Positions 1 through 7,670 of a stretch of DNA of 64,000 bases are shown here, piece after piece (the stretch's first letter is position 1; each line of letters starts with the position of its first letter). A program made the position numbers and the translations under genes. The stretch is from contig DATEIA010000041.1 of the NCBI GenBank assembly GCA_035279305.1, positions 6,082 to 70,081 of the forward strand, read 5' to 3'. The DNA comes from Rhizomicrobium sp. (GTDB lineage Bacteria; Pseudomonadota; Alphaproteobacteria; Micropepsales; Micropepsaceae). The notes under the pieces are model-generated. The model had not been told where the DNA came from. It worked only from the letters and a program-made list of their open reading frames with translations, and ran no database searches.

Positions 1-231
1 AAGGCGCACCAGGCCCAGCCCGTCCGGGCGGAGCTGGTCCTGGAAGATGCGCGGGTGCGTGATCTGCACCTGGCATTGTTGGCCGAGACTCCGCTGCCCC
101 CAGCCGATCCTCTGAAGCTGTGGAGCCTGCGCGAACGCGTCCGGCGCGGCGACACGGCGGCCTTCAGCCGCGAGGATTGGTCGTTGCTTCTGTCCGACCC
201 GGAAGGGTTGAAGGCCTTGACCGCCCTCTGA
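1..231 (+). CDS. 3' end of a CDS running in from the left edge, product unknown
   Basis: Frame 1 is open from base 1 (KAHQAQPVRAELVLEDARVRDLHLALL...) to TGA at 229-231 with GC-rich third positions. Confidence 0.6.
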   Translation, partial: KAHQAQPVRAELVLEDARVRDLHLALLAETPLPPADPLKLWSLRERVRRGDTAAFSREDWSLLLSDPEGLKALTAL

Positions 232-318
232 GTAAAAGCGGGAGAGCGGCAGCGGCGTTCTTCTGCGGGCGTTGACGATACCGGCTCACGCCCAGACGAC
301 GGGCCAAGCGACGACAGA

Positions 319-510
319 CTAAGCGGCGGTGGGCAGAGCGAGCCTGTCTTGGCTGGTGGCCCTATGGCGCGCAAAGGCTTCCAGATCGGCGGCGGCGCGC
401 AGCATTATTTCGGCATAATAAGGCATGGCGGTTTCGGCGGTCGCGGCATCGCGGAAGCGCTTGGCCAGTTCCAGGGTGTGGGCTATTTCAGGCATCTGCA
501 GCTCCGACAT
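319..510 (-). CDS. small hypothetical helical protein (63 aa)
   Basis: ATG-started ORF MSELQMPEIAHTLELAKRFRDAA... with protein-like composition in an otherwise intergenic gap. Confidence 0.5.
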   Translation of the reverse strand: MSELQMPEIAHTLELAKRFRDAATAETAMPYYAEIMLRAAADLEAFARHRATSQDRLALPTAA

Positions 511-568
511 TCTGTCGATTGCTCCAGCATCCGTTTTTGCCGAGAAATCCGGAAGACCGGGATTGTAC

Positions 569-641
569 CTAGTGTCGTGGTTTCGAAATTCGCCCAGAGC
601 CCGATATCGAGATCATGCGAATTTCGGGATCGGGACACTAG
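569..641. repeat. CTAG-bounded imperfect palindrome (REP/MITE-like), copy 1
   Basis: CTAGTGTCGTGGTTTCGAAATTCGC...GCGAATTTCGGGATCGGGACACTAG; terminal inverted repeats TAGTGTC/GACACTA. Confidence 0.85.
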
Positions 642-789
642 GCCCCGCCGGAAGCGGCCGCCATCCACCAAGTGGCATGGTTTCTAAGGAAAAATTCAGC
701 ATACCAACATCCGTAGGTACTACCCCGTATGGCGGCAACAAGCGCGTGCTTCTAGCTTTGGCAGCCTGGCGGAGCGCCTGGAGTGTGGC

Positions 790-1164
790 ATGAGTGTTGA
801 GCAATCCCGCCCAGTCTGCATCGTCGAAGACGATGCAGACGTCCGAGCCTCCGTCAGACTGCTTTTGGAGGCCACGGGCTATCGTGTGGTGGAATTCGCA
901 AACGCGGAAGCCTTTCTGCGCGCCACCGACGGCCGCGATGCGGCGTGTCTGGTCTTTGATCTGTATATGGGGGGCATGACGGGGCTGGATCTTCTGGAAT
1001 CCCTGAGATCAAACGGCGTTCAAACCCCCGCGATTATCATGACCGCGAATGGGGATGAGTTGGATGCCCGCTGCGCACGTGCGGGCGCGCTGGCGCTGTT
1101 GCATAAGCCATCCGCCGCATCCGAAATGCTGGCATGGGTCGCGCACGCATGCGGATCGCATTAG
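790..1164 (+). CDS. single-domain response regulator receiver (FixJ-like REC)
   Basis: VCIVEDD, phosphoacceptor D in FDLYM, IMTA, HKP motifs; no output domain. Confidence 0.9.
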   Translation: MSVEQSRPVCIVEDDADVRASVRLLLEATGYRVVEFANAEAFLRATDGRDAACLVFDLYMGGMTGLDLLESLRSNGVQTPAIIMTANGDELDARCARAGALALLHKPSAASEMLAWVAHACGSH

Positions 1165-1237
1165 TGTCGTGGTTTCGAAGTTCGCACGATCATTGATATC
1201 GAGCCCTTGGCGAACTTCGAAACCAAAACGACACTAG
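1161..1237. repeat. palindromic REP/MITE-like element, copy 2 (internally inverted relative to copies 1 and 3)
   Basis: TTAGTGTCGTGGTTTCGAAGTTCGC...GCGAACTTCGAAACCAAAACGACACTAG; its TAG is the stop codon of the REC gene. Confidence 0.85.
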
Positions 1238-1252
1238 AAATTAATAAGTTGG

Positions 1253-1327
1253 CTAGTGTCCTTACGATTCCGAAATTCGCCAGAACCCGATGTCGTGATC
1301 ATGCGAATTTCGGAATCGGGACACTAG
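1253..1327. repeat. palindromic REP/MITE-like element, copy 3
   Basis: CTAGTGTCCTTACGATTCCGAAATTCGC...GCGAATTTCGGAATCGGGACACTAG. Confidence 0.85.
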
Positions 1328-1432
1328 CACCTACGTATATTTCCCTAACGGCGTCCGTACCGGGTTTAACCTCGGAGCCACCCATTTTGACCCATGGTCT
1401 TGCGTCCATTGGAATTGCGGCCGGGAGGCGGC

Positions 1433-1870
1433 ATGCATAGCAAGGCAAGCATTACGCAACTTGGCGCACAAGCCGAAGCGCCGGCCGGCATCGCGCCGCC
1501 GCCCGCGCGCGAAATTCTCCTGTCCGAAGAAACCTTTGCCAAGTTTTGCAAATCGCTGCCCGGCAAGGACATTGACGAAGCCGTGATGCTTTGCCTGGTG
1601 GAAGGCGATATGCGCCTGCTGCGCATTGCGAGTGCGCGCGCGCGAAGGGATGGCGCGACGGCGGCGCGGGAAGCAAGCGCCTTGGGCCAGATGGCGGCTT
1701 CGCTGGGGTTTTTCCAAGCCGCCAGCCTGGCGCGCCAGCTCGAGAATGCCTGTCTCTCGGGCGACCGCACCGCAGCCTACCACCTTATCGGACGGCTCAG
1801 CGAGGCGTTCCAGATCTCGGGCGCGATGCTGGACGCTTTGCTGCGTCGCGGCACCATCGCCGGGCGGTAA
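1433..1870 (+). CDS. Hpt (histidine phosphotransfer)-like domain protein lacking the canonical His
   Basis: GGAGG RBS before ATG 1433; D.ATAAREASALGQMAASLG...LARQLE pattern matches Hpt AH.LKG.A..LG...L...LE with H replaced by S. Confidence 0.7.
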   Translation: MHSKASITQLGAQAEAPAGIAPPPAREILLSEETFAKFCKSLPGKDIDEAVMLCLVEGDMRLLRIASARARRDGATAAREASALGQMAASLGFFQAASLARQLENACLSGDRTAAYHLIGRLSEAFQISGAMLDALLRRGTIAGR

Positions 1871-2027
1871 GTGTTGACACAGATCGCGCTGCTGCGGCTG
1901 GCCAGGGATAAAAAGCTGTTAGGCTAGAACAGAGGTTGTCCTGGCGGCCGCCGCGGCTTAATATGACAGTCCGGCGATGTTTTGCCCTATTCTGTTGTTG
2001 CGTATCAGATATCTGGACCAACTTGGA

Positions 2028-2636
2028 ATGGAACAAACGGTTTTTATCGTCGACGATGACGCGGCCATTCGCGATTCGTTGCGCATGATGCTGGAGATGG
2101 CCGGTTATACGGTGCGCGATTTTGCGTCGGCGCAATCCTTCCTCTCGGAGGCGGATTTGCAGGGCGGCTGCCTGATCGTGGATGTCCGCATGCCGGGCAT
2201 GGGCGGGTTGGAACTCCAGGAAGAACTGACCAGGCGCAAGGTCACGATTTCCGTGATCGTGGTTACCGGCCATGGCGATGTACCCCTGGCGGTGCGCGCA
2301 ATGAGGGCCGGGGCGATAGACTTTGTCGAAAAGCCTTTTGACCAGGAAAGAATTCTGCAAAGCGTTGCCGACGCTTTGGCGGCCGGCCAGCGCGCGCAAA
2401 CCCGCGCGGCGGAGGCGCAGGCGGCGCGCGATCTCATCAGCCAGTTGACGCCCCGCGAACGCGAGATTCTGGATCAACTGGTGAAGGGTCATGCCAACAA
2501 GGTGGTTGCGCATCAGCTGGGAATTTCACCGCGAACGGTGGAAATCCATCGCGCCAGCATCATGGAAAAGCTGCATGCGCGCAATTTGTCCAATGTCGTG
2601 CGCACGGCGCTGGCGGCATCCTGGGAATTGCATTAG
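2028..2636 (+). CDS. fixJ: FixJ-family response regulator (REC + LuxR HTH)
   Basis: VFIVDDD, DVRMPGM, TGHGDVPLAVRAMRAGAIDFVEKPF, LTPREREIL...GHANK...LGISPRTVEIHRASIMEKL. Confidence 0.85.
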   Translation: MEQTVFIVDDDAAIRDSLRMMLEMAGYTVRDFASAQSFLSEADLQGGCLIVDVRMPGMGGLELQEELTRRKVTISVIVVTGHGDVPLAVRAMRAGAIDFVEKPFDQERILQSVADALAAGQRAQTRAAEAQAARDLISQLTPREREILDQLVKGHANKVVAHQLGISPRTVEIHRASIMEKLHARNLSNVVRTALAASWELH

Positions 2637-2643
2637 GCGGGCC

Positions 2644-3084
2644 TTACCCTTTGAAGATCCAGAAGCGGCCAAGCACGAACAAAGTGAGCGTGTAGGAGAC
2701 TATGCCGCAGACCTGCGCCGCGAGCCGCGATGCCGGATCGCCGCCAAGAAAATGGCCCGCAGCCGCGAGCGCCGCTTGGTTCACGGCAAAGGCAATGGCG
2801 GCGGAGAGAAGAAATCGCGGAACCGTTATTCTCGCCGGCCGCTGACTGCGGAAGACGAATCGGCGGCTCAGCACAAAGCTCAGGGCAATACCGGCGGCGT
2901 AACCCGCGGCATTGGCGATCGCCGGCCGCACATGCATTCCAAGGTCAAGCGCGGCGATCATGCCAAGCCCAACCAGTGTGTTGGCCACACCCACCAGCCC
3001 GAAGCGCAGGAAACGCGCGACTTCGGCCCGTGCTGTCGCGGCCCGCGAATTTGGGGCGCTTTTTGGGCCCTCAACTTTTGTCAT
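2644..3084 (-). CDS. GtrA-family membrane protein
   Basis: RFLRFGLVGVANT, ANAAGY...SFVLSRRFVF, terminal RFWIF; four hydrophobic segments; AGGAG RBS. Confidence 0.85.
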   Translation of the reverse strand: MTKVEGPKSAPNSRAATARAEVARFLRFGLVGVANTLVGLGMIAALDLGMHVRPAIANAAGYAAGIALSFVLSRRFVFRSQRPARITVPRFLLSAAIAFAVNQAALAAAGHFLGGDPASRLAAQVCGIVSYTLTLFVLGRFWIFKG

Positions 3085-3100
3085 CGCGTCGCTCCTGTCC

Positions 3101-3218
3101 TCAAAACCGCAGGCTGACCGTGGCGCCGCCGTCTTCCGATTCGGAAATGCTCACAGAGGCGTCATGTACGGCCGCGATCTGCCGGACCAAGGTCAGATCT
3201 ACGCCACTACCAGGCCGC
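3101..3218 (-). pseudogene. duplicated 3' fragment of the histidine kinase gene (copy of 4834-4951)
   Basis: TCAAAACCGCAGGCTGACCG...GATCTGCCGGACCAAGGTCAG aligns gap-free to 4834-4951 (offset 1733) with scattered substitutions. Confidence 0.85.
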
Positions 3219-3331
3219 GCTCGCACCCCCGTTGCTACTGGAGTTGCTTAACATTCCGGCCTGATGATGCGGACGCAAGCCTGCCTCCGTTTTCGGCTGG
3301 CCGGAATTCAATCTCAGGTCACCGCTCGGGA

Positions 3332-4336
3332 CTATTTTACCTCGACAAGTTCGATCGCCTCGTGGCTTGGGCCCTCAATCATAATGGCTCGCGTGGCGCC
3401 CAGCCGGTAAGGCCCGGCCAAAAACGTGACGCCTTCGCCTTTGAGTTTCGACACCCAGGCGTCGAGATTGCCGACGCTCAAACCGACGTGATCCATGAGA
3501 CGTCCGCGTGTGCCGACAAGTGGCGTTTCGGTCTGACGCATGTACCAAATCATGGCAACGTCGCCAAAAATCACGCCAGCGAGAGGCGTGCGGAACAGGC
3601 CTTCCCGTTCCAGCGCGGGCCAGGAACGATCCGCGCCCCGCGCAACCTTGCAATCGGATTGGGTGTGCGCCACGGCACCGGGAACAACACGCGCTTGCGC
3701 ATTCAGATGCGACTGATACCAAAGTTGCGCGCAGAAGGGATGTTCCTGATACATGTGCACATGGTTGAATCTTTCGCTGGGATAATTTCCCGCATATTCG
3801 ACCAGCGCATTATCAGGGCCGCGCAAATAGGAAAATCCTGCGCCGCCCAGAGGCTTGATTCCCGCGGCTTTCGCCTCCGCGATTTGCGCCTTCGTCAGCC
3901 CAAGGCTCCCCCCTGTCCCCGGCCAGGTGTCGCTGTTCACCAGGACAGAGCCGCCCGCGTCGGTCGTGTATAACGGCACGATATTCAGGTCGGAACGCGC
4001 CTTGTAGATTTCTAGATTCTTGCGCACATCGACGACATTCCAGCCGAAATGCCAGAATGCGGTCGCCTGGGGATCCGCTGGGGGGCGCGCTGAAACCTTA
4101 TGGAAGAGGATAAGTACGCCGTTCGGTGAAGATATGGCCGGGAACCCGGCCCAGACGATTTTTGACGTGCTGGGAAATTGCTTGAGATAAAATGCAATCG
4201 CCGTTTCAGGATCGGTCGAATTCAAATGCAGGTGGTGAAACCCCGGGGCGGGCAATGTTGCTGTTTGGTCGGCGGCAAATCCCGTGCCATGGAACAGGTA
4301 CGTTAAAACCGCTGCGAGGAATGGACTTTTTCTCAT
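3332..4336 (-). CDS. exported multi-domain VOC (glyoxalase-like) family protein
   Basis: Signal-like N-terminus; FHHLHLN, WHFGW, FNHVH, DHVGL...IEGPSHEAIELVE VOC metal-binding pattern; start could be further upstream (4381). Confidence 0.8.
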   Translation of the reverse strand: MRKSPFLAAVLTYLFHGTGFAADQTATLPAPGFHHLHLNSTDPETAIAFYLKQFPSTSKIVWAGFPAISSPNGVLILFHKVSARPPADPQATAFWHFGWNVVDVRKNLEIYKARSDLNIVPLYTTDAGGSVLVNSDTWPGTGGSLGLTKAQIAEAKAAGIKPLGGAGFSYLRGPDNALVEYAGNYPSERFNHVHMYQEHPFCAQLWYQSHLNAQARVVPGAVAHTQSDCKVARGADRSWPALEREGLFRTPLAGVIFGDVAMIWYMRQTETPLVGTRGRLMDHVGLSVGNLDAWVSKLKGEGVTFLAGPYRLGATRAIMIEGPSHEAIELVEVK

Positions 4337-4742
4337 TTGCCCTGACTTTATGGCCCGGCGAAACATATTCGCAGCGAGCATGGCTCCACAAGAGCTCCTA
4401 TACCGGGAGTTTCCGGCCCCACGCCGAACTTGGCAAAGCCTGTATTGCTGACAAATTGACGGGCGAGAGCTTCTGGAACAGCCATCTCAAATCTGCGGTT
4501 ACAGCAGGGCAACCGGAGGGGAAAATCGAGCCAATTTCCGCAGCGCCGACAGGCGATTGCCCGGCGAACGCCCGAGCGCAAGCGAGGGCCGGGAAGACCG
4601 CGGCACCGTCGTCGGGATTGCTCGGAACATCTTTGGCATGTTTTTCGTCCTCGGCTATCGCCTCGGATCGCTCGGCGGCCTTGTCGGTCGCCTCGCGCCC
4701 AAAATCGGCTGCCGCCGATTTTGTCGAACAAGGTTTCCGGAA

Positions 4743-4776
4743 GCGGAGGATTGGCACCCGCCGACAAACTGTCTCC
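4743..4776. repeat. 34-bp dispersed att-like motif, copy 1
   Basis: GCGGAGGATTGGCACCCGCCGACAAACTGTCTCC, 28/34 identical to 41691-41724. Confidence 0.6.
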
Positions 4777-4833
4777 GCAGGGTCGGCAAATATCCCGGCT
4801 CAAATAGGGAGAATTGGCGCGCTGCGATGGGAG

Positions 4834-6183
4834 TCAAAACCGCAGGCTGACCGCGGCGCCGCCGCCTTCCGATTCGGAAATATTCACAGAGGCGCCATGA
4901 ACGGCCGCGATCTGCCGGACCAAGGTCAGCCCTACGCCACTGCCATGCCGCTTGGTGGTGTAGAAGGGTACAAAGACTTTTTCACGCTGATCCGGGGCAA
5001 TGCCGGGGCCGTTATCGGCTATGGTGATGACGGGACGTCCGGCGGCGTCCTGTATCGCCGACAGGGTGATCCGCCCCGCGCGCTTGTCGCGCAGCGCATC
5101 CATGGCGTTGCGCATCAGGTTGATCAGCGCCTGGTCCAGCAGGTCGGCATCCGCGGTGATTTCCAGTGTTTCCGGCTCGACGCGAGCGATCAGTTCAATG
5201 TCGCGGGGCTTCAACTCGTCTGCCAGCAGGCGCTGCAGGCGCGTGAATGTGCGGCGCATCGGCACGATCTGGGCCTGCGCCACCATGCGGCGCGTCAGGC
5301 GGCGATGATTCTGGACAAAGTGCAGCAGTCCGTCGCTGCGCCGGGCCAGCGTGTCCAACGCCTCGCGGGCATCTTCCAGTCCGGCGCGGGCCGCTACGTC
5401 CGGCGCGAGTTGGGCCAGACTCTCCTCCAGCCGTTCGCGCGCGGTGCCGGCCAGGGATGAAATCGGGGTAAGCGAGTTCATCACCTCATGCGCCATGACC
5501 CGGATCACGCTCTGCCACGCGACCAGTTCCTGTGCGGTGAGTTCGTCCTCGATGTTCTGCAGCGAGATCAGCCGGCGGCGGATACCGCCCAGCACAAGGT
5601 CGGTGGCCGCCGCCTTGAGCTGCAACGCGCCGGTGCTGCGTTCCATGCGCACGATAGCGGTTTCGCCGGGCTTCAGGGCGCCCAGCACGGTGGCGAAACT
5701 CATCCCGTAGCGCGTGAATCCGGCGGCGGTGTCGCATGGGCCCGCGAAGAGCCTGCGCGCGGCCAGGTTCAATTGCTGCACGCTGCCATGCTCATTCACC
5801 GAGATCAGCGCAACCGGCATGTGCGCCAGCAGGCTCTGCAGATATTGCGACTGCTCTTCCCGCTCCGCGCGGCCGCTGCGCAATTGTCCCAGCACACGCG
5901 CCATCGCCGTCCCCAGCGCGCCGAAACTTCTGTCGCGCGACAAAGCCAGAAAGCTGGCCGAGGGGTCGTCGAAGGCGATGGCATCCAGGAAGCGCGCAAC
6001 TTCGCGTCCTGCCCGCGAGGCGTAACGCGTCAGCACGGCCACTTGCGCCATGGCCGCGAGGGCGCAGATTCCCATGGTGACGTACCAGTTGGTGTGCGTG
6101 GCCATCCAGGCGAGCAGCGCCAGGATCGCCAGCAATGCCGCCACGCGCAGAAGGATGCCGCTCTGGAAACCGCTAAAGGCCAT
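4834..6183 (-). CDS. sensor histidine kinase (two N-terminal TMs, PAS-like region, HisKA-HATPase)
   Basis: AHEVMNSLTPI H-box, NLMRNA N-box, DNGPG, FYTTK..GSGVGL. Confidence 0.93.
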   Translation of the reverse strand: MAFSGFQSGILLRVAALLAILALLAWMATHTNWYVTMGICALAAMAQVAVLTRYASRAGREVARFLDAIAFDDPSASFLALSRDRSFGALGTAMARVLGQLRSGRAEREEQSQYLQSLLAHMPVALISVNEHGSVQQLNLAARRLFAGPCDTAAGFTRYGMSFATVLGALKPGETAIVRMERSTGALQLKAAATDLVLGGIRRRLISLQNIEDELTAQELVAWQSVIRVMAHEVMNSLTPISSLAGTARERLEESLAQLAPDVAARAGLEDAREALDTLARRSDGLLHFVQNHRRLTRRMVAQAQIVPMRRTFTRLQRLLADELKPRDIELIARVEPETLEITADADLLDQALINLMRNAMDALRDKRAGRITLSAIQDAAGRPVITIADNGPGIAPDQREKVFVPFYTTKRHGSGVGLTLVRQIAAVHGASVNISESEGGGAAVSLRF

Positions 6184-7540
6184 ACTTCTCCATCCGCCGG
6201 TACAGCGAGGCGCGCGTCAACCCCAAGGCTTCCGCCGCGCGACTCACATTGTTCTGATGCCGCTCCAACGCCCGGATGATGGCTGTTTTTTCGACCTCAT
6301 CCAGCGGAGAGACGCCGGACGGGGCCACCTCCCGTCCACTTTCCGTCAGTGGAAAATCTACGACGTCCAGCAATTCACCCTCGCTCAGGATCACCGCCCG
6401 CTCAACAGCGTGACGCAAGGCGCGCACATTGCCGGGCCAGGACCAGCCGCCGAGCCTGTCTATCAGCGCCGCCGACAGCCGTTTGCCCGGCAGGTTGTAT
6501 TTCTGCGAGTAAAGCGCGGCGTAATGCTCCAGCAGCAACGGGATGTCCTGTGGCCGTTCGCGCAACGGGGGCAGGGTGATCTCCACCGTATTGACGCGAT
6601 AGAGCAGATCTGGGCGGAACAAATTCTCATCGGCCAGCCGGTCGCGGCTCAGATTGGTGGCGCAGACCAGGCGCACGTCGATCGGTTCGGGCTTTTCCGC
6701 GCCCACCGGCACGACTTCGCGCCGTTCCAGCACGGTGAGCAGCTTGCTTTGCAAGGTCAGCGGCACGTTGCCGATCTCGTCCAGGAACAGCGTGCCGCCG
6801 GCCGCCGCCCGGAAATAGCCGGTGCGGTCCTGCTTGGCGTCGGTAAAGGCGCCGCGGCGATGACCGAACAGCTCGCTTTCGAACAGCTGCGGCGACAGCG
6901 CGCCCATGTCCACGCGCAGGAAGACCTCGCTGGCGCGCGACGACAGCCGGTGGATCTCGCGCGCCGCCAGTTCCTTGCCGGTGCCATTCTCGCCCAGGAT
7001 CAGCACATTGGCGTCGGTGGGCGCGGTACGCCGGATGGCGCCGAAGACGCGCAGCATGGCGGGCGACGTGCCGATCATGCCGGATTCGCTGTGTGTCGCC
7101 GCCGCCAGCCCGCTGTTGCGCTGGCGCAGCTCGGCGGCTTCCAGCCGCGAGCGCCGCAGGTTCAGCGCCGCCATCAGGGTGGCCAGCAGCCGCTCATTCT
7201 CCCAGGGCTTGGTGACGAAGTCGGCGGCGCCCTTCTTCATGGCCTCGACCGCCAGCTCGATATCGCCATGCGCGGTGATCATCACCACCACCGCGCCGGG
7301 ATCGATCTCCAGCACCTCGGCCAGCCGCGCCATGCCCTCTTCGCCATTGTCGGCGCCGGGGGCGAAGTTCATGTCCAGCAGCAGGACGTCGAAGCTGCCC
7401 CGTTTTGCCAAGGTCGCCAGGTGGGCGGGATCGCTCAGGGTTTGCACGGCGGCGAAATGACGTTTCAGCAGCAGGCGGGCGGCCTGCAGGATGTCTTCAT
7501 TGTCGTCCACCACCAGGATGCGGGCGTCTGCGGGGGTCAT
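6173..7540 (-). CDS. sigma-54-dependent NtrC-family response regulator (REC-AAA+-Fis HTH)
   Basis: GENGTGKE Walker A, ESELFGH..GAFTDA, LFLDEIG, WPGNVRAL, C-terminal HTH. Confidence 0.95.
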   Translation of the reverse strand: MTPADARILVVDDNEDILQAARLLLKRHFAAVQTLSDPAHLATLAKRGSFDVLLLDMNFAPGADNGEEGMARLAEVLEIDPGAVVVMITAHGDIELAVEAMKKGAADFVTKPWENERLLATLMAALNLRRSRLEAAELRQRNSGLAAATHSESGMIGTSPAMLRVFGAIRRTAPTDANVLILGENGTGKELAAREIHRLSSRASEVFLRVDMGALSPQLFESELFGHRRGAFTDAKQDRTGYFRAAAGGTLFLDEIGNVPLTLQSKLLTVLERREVVPVGAEKPEPIDVRLVCATNLSRDRLADENLFRPDLLYRVNTVEITLPPLRERPQDIPLLLEHYAALYSQKYNLPGKRLSAALIDRLGGWSWPGNVRALRHAVERAVILSEGELLDVVDFPLTESGREVAPSGVSPLDEVEKTAIIRALERHQNNVSRAAEALGLTRASLYRRMEKYGL

Positions 7541-7547
7541 GGCTCAG

Positions 7548-7593
7548 TGTTCGGAAACGGACATGTGTCCGCTTCAGTGTACGCAGCCGGACA
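7548..7593. promoter_or_regulatory. pair of enhancer-binding-protein sites (UAS)
   Basis: TGTTCGGAAACGGACA (7548-7563) and TGTACGCAGCCGGACA (7578-7593): TGT-N10-ACA dyads 30 bp apart, both in TCAGTGT.CG....CGGACAT context. Confidence 0.7.
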
Positions 7594-7611
7594 TAATTCG
7601 GCCAAGGTACT

Positions 7612-7624
7612 AATCAAGTATTTG
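7612..7624 (+). promoter_or_regulatory. IHF binding site
   Basis: AATCAAGTATTTG matches WATCAANNNNTTR, located between the UAS pair and the -24/-12 box. Confidence 0.7.
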
Positions 7625-7642
7625 ATTTTACTATATGAATAA

Positions 7643-7659
7643 TTGGCATCCGGCTTGCG
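7643..7659 (+). promoter_or_regulatory. sigma-54 (-24/-12) promoter
   Basis: TTGGCATCCGGCTTGCG = TGGCA-N6-TTGC with correct GG-N10-GC spacing, just upstream of ATG 7671. Confidence 0.85.
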
Positions 7660-7670
7660 AACAGAAAGCC

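Noticed and set aside
569-1327. CRISPR array from the repeated palindromes
   Set aside because: Only three non-identical ~75-bp units, irregular spacing with a gene between them, no cas genes
4348-4803. Truncated-globin-like TLFDKIGG motif
   Set aside because: Arises from the AAAATCGGC/GCCGATTTT hairpin; no other globin features
6050-7642. 530-aa plus-strand ORF
   Set aside because: Antisense shadow of the NtrC-type regulator, typical of high-GC DNA
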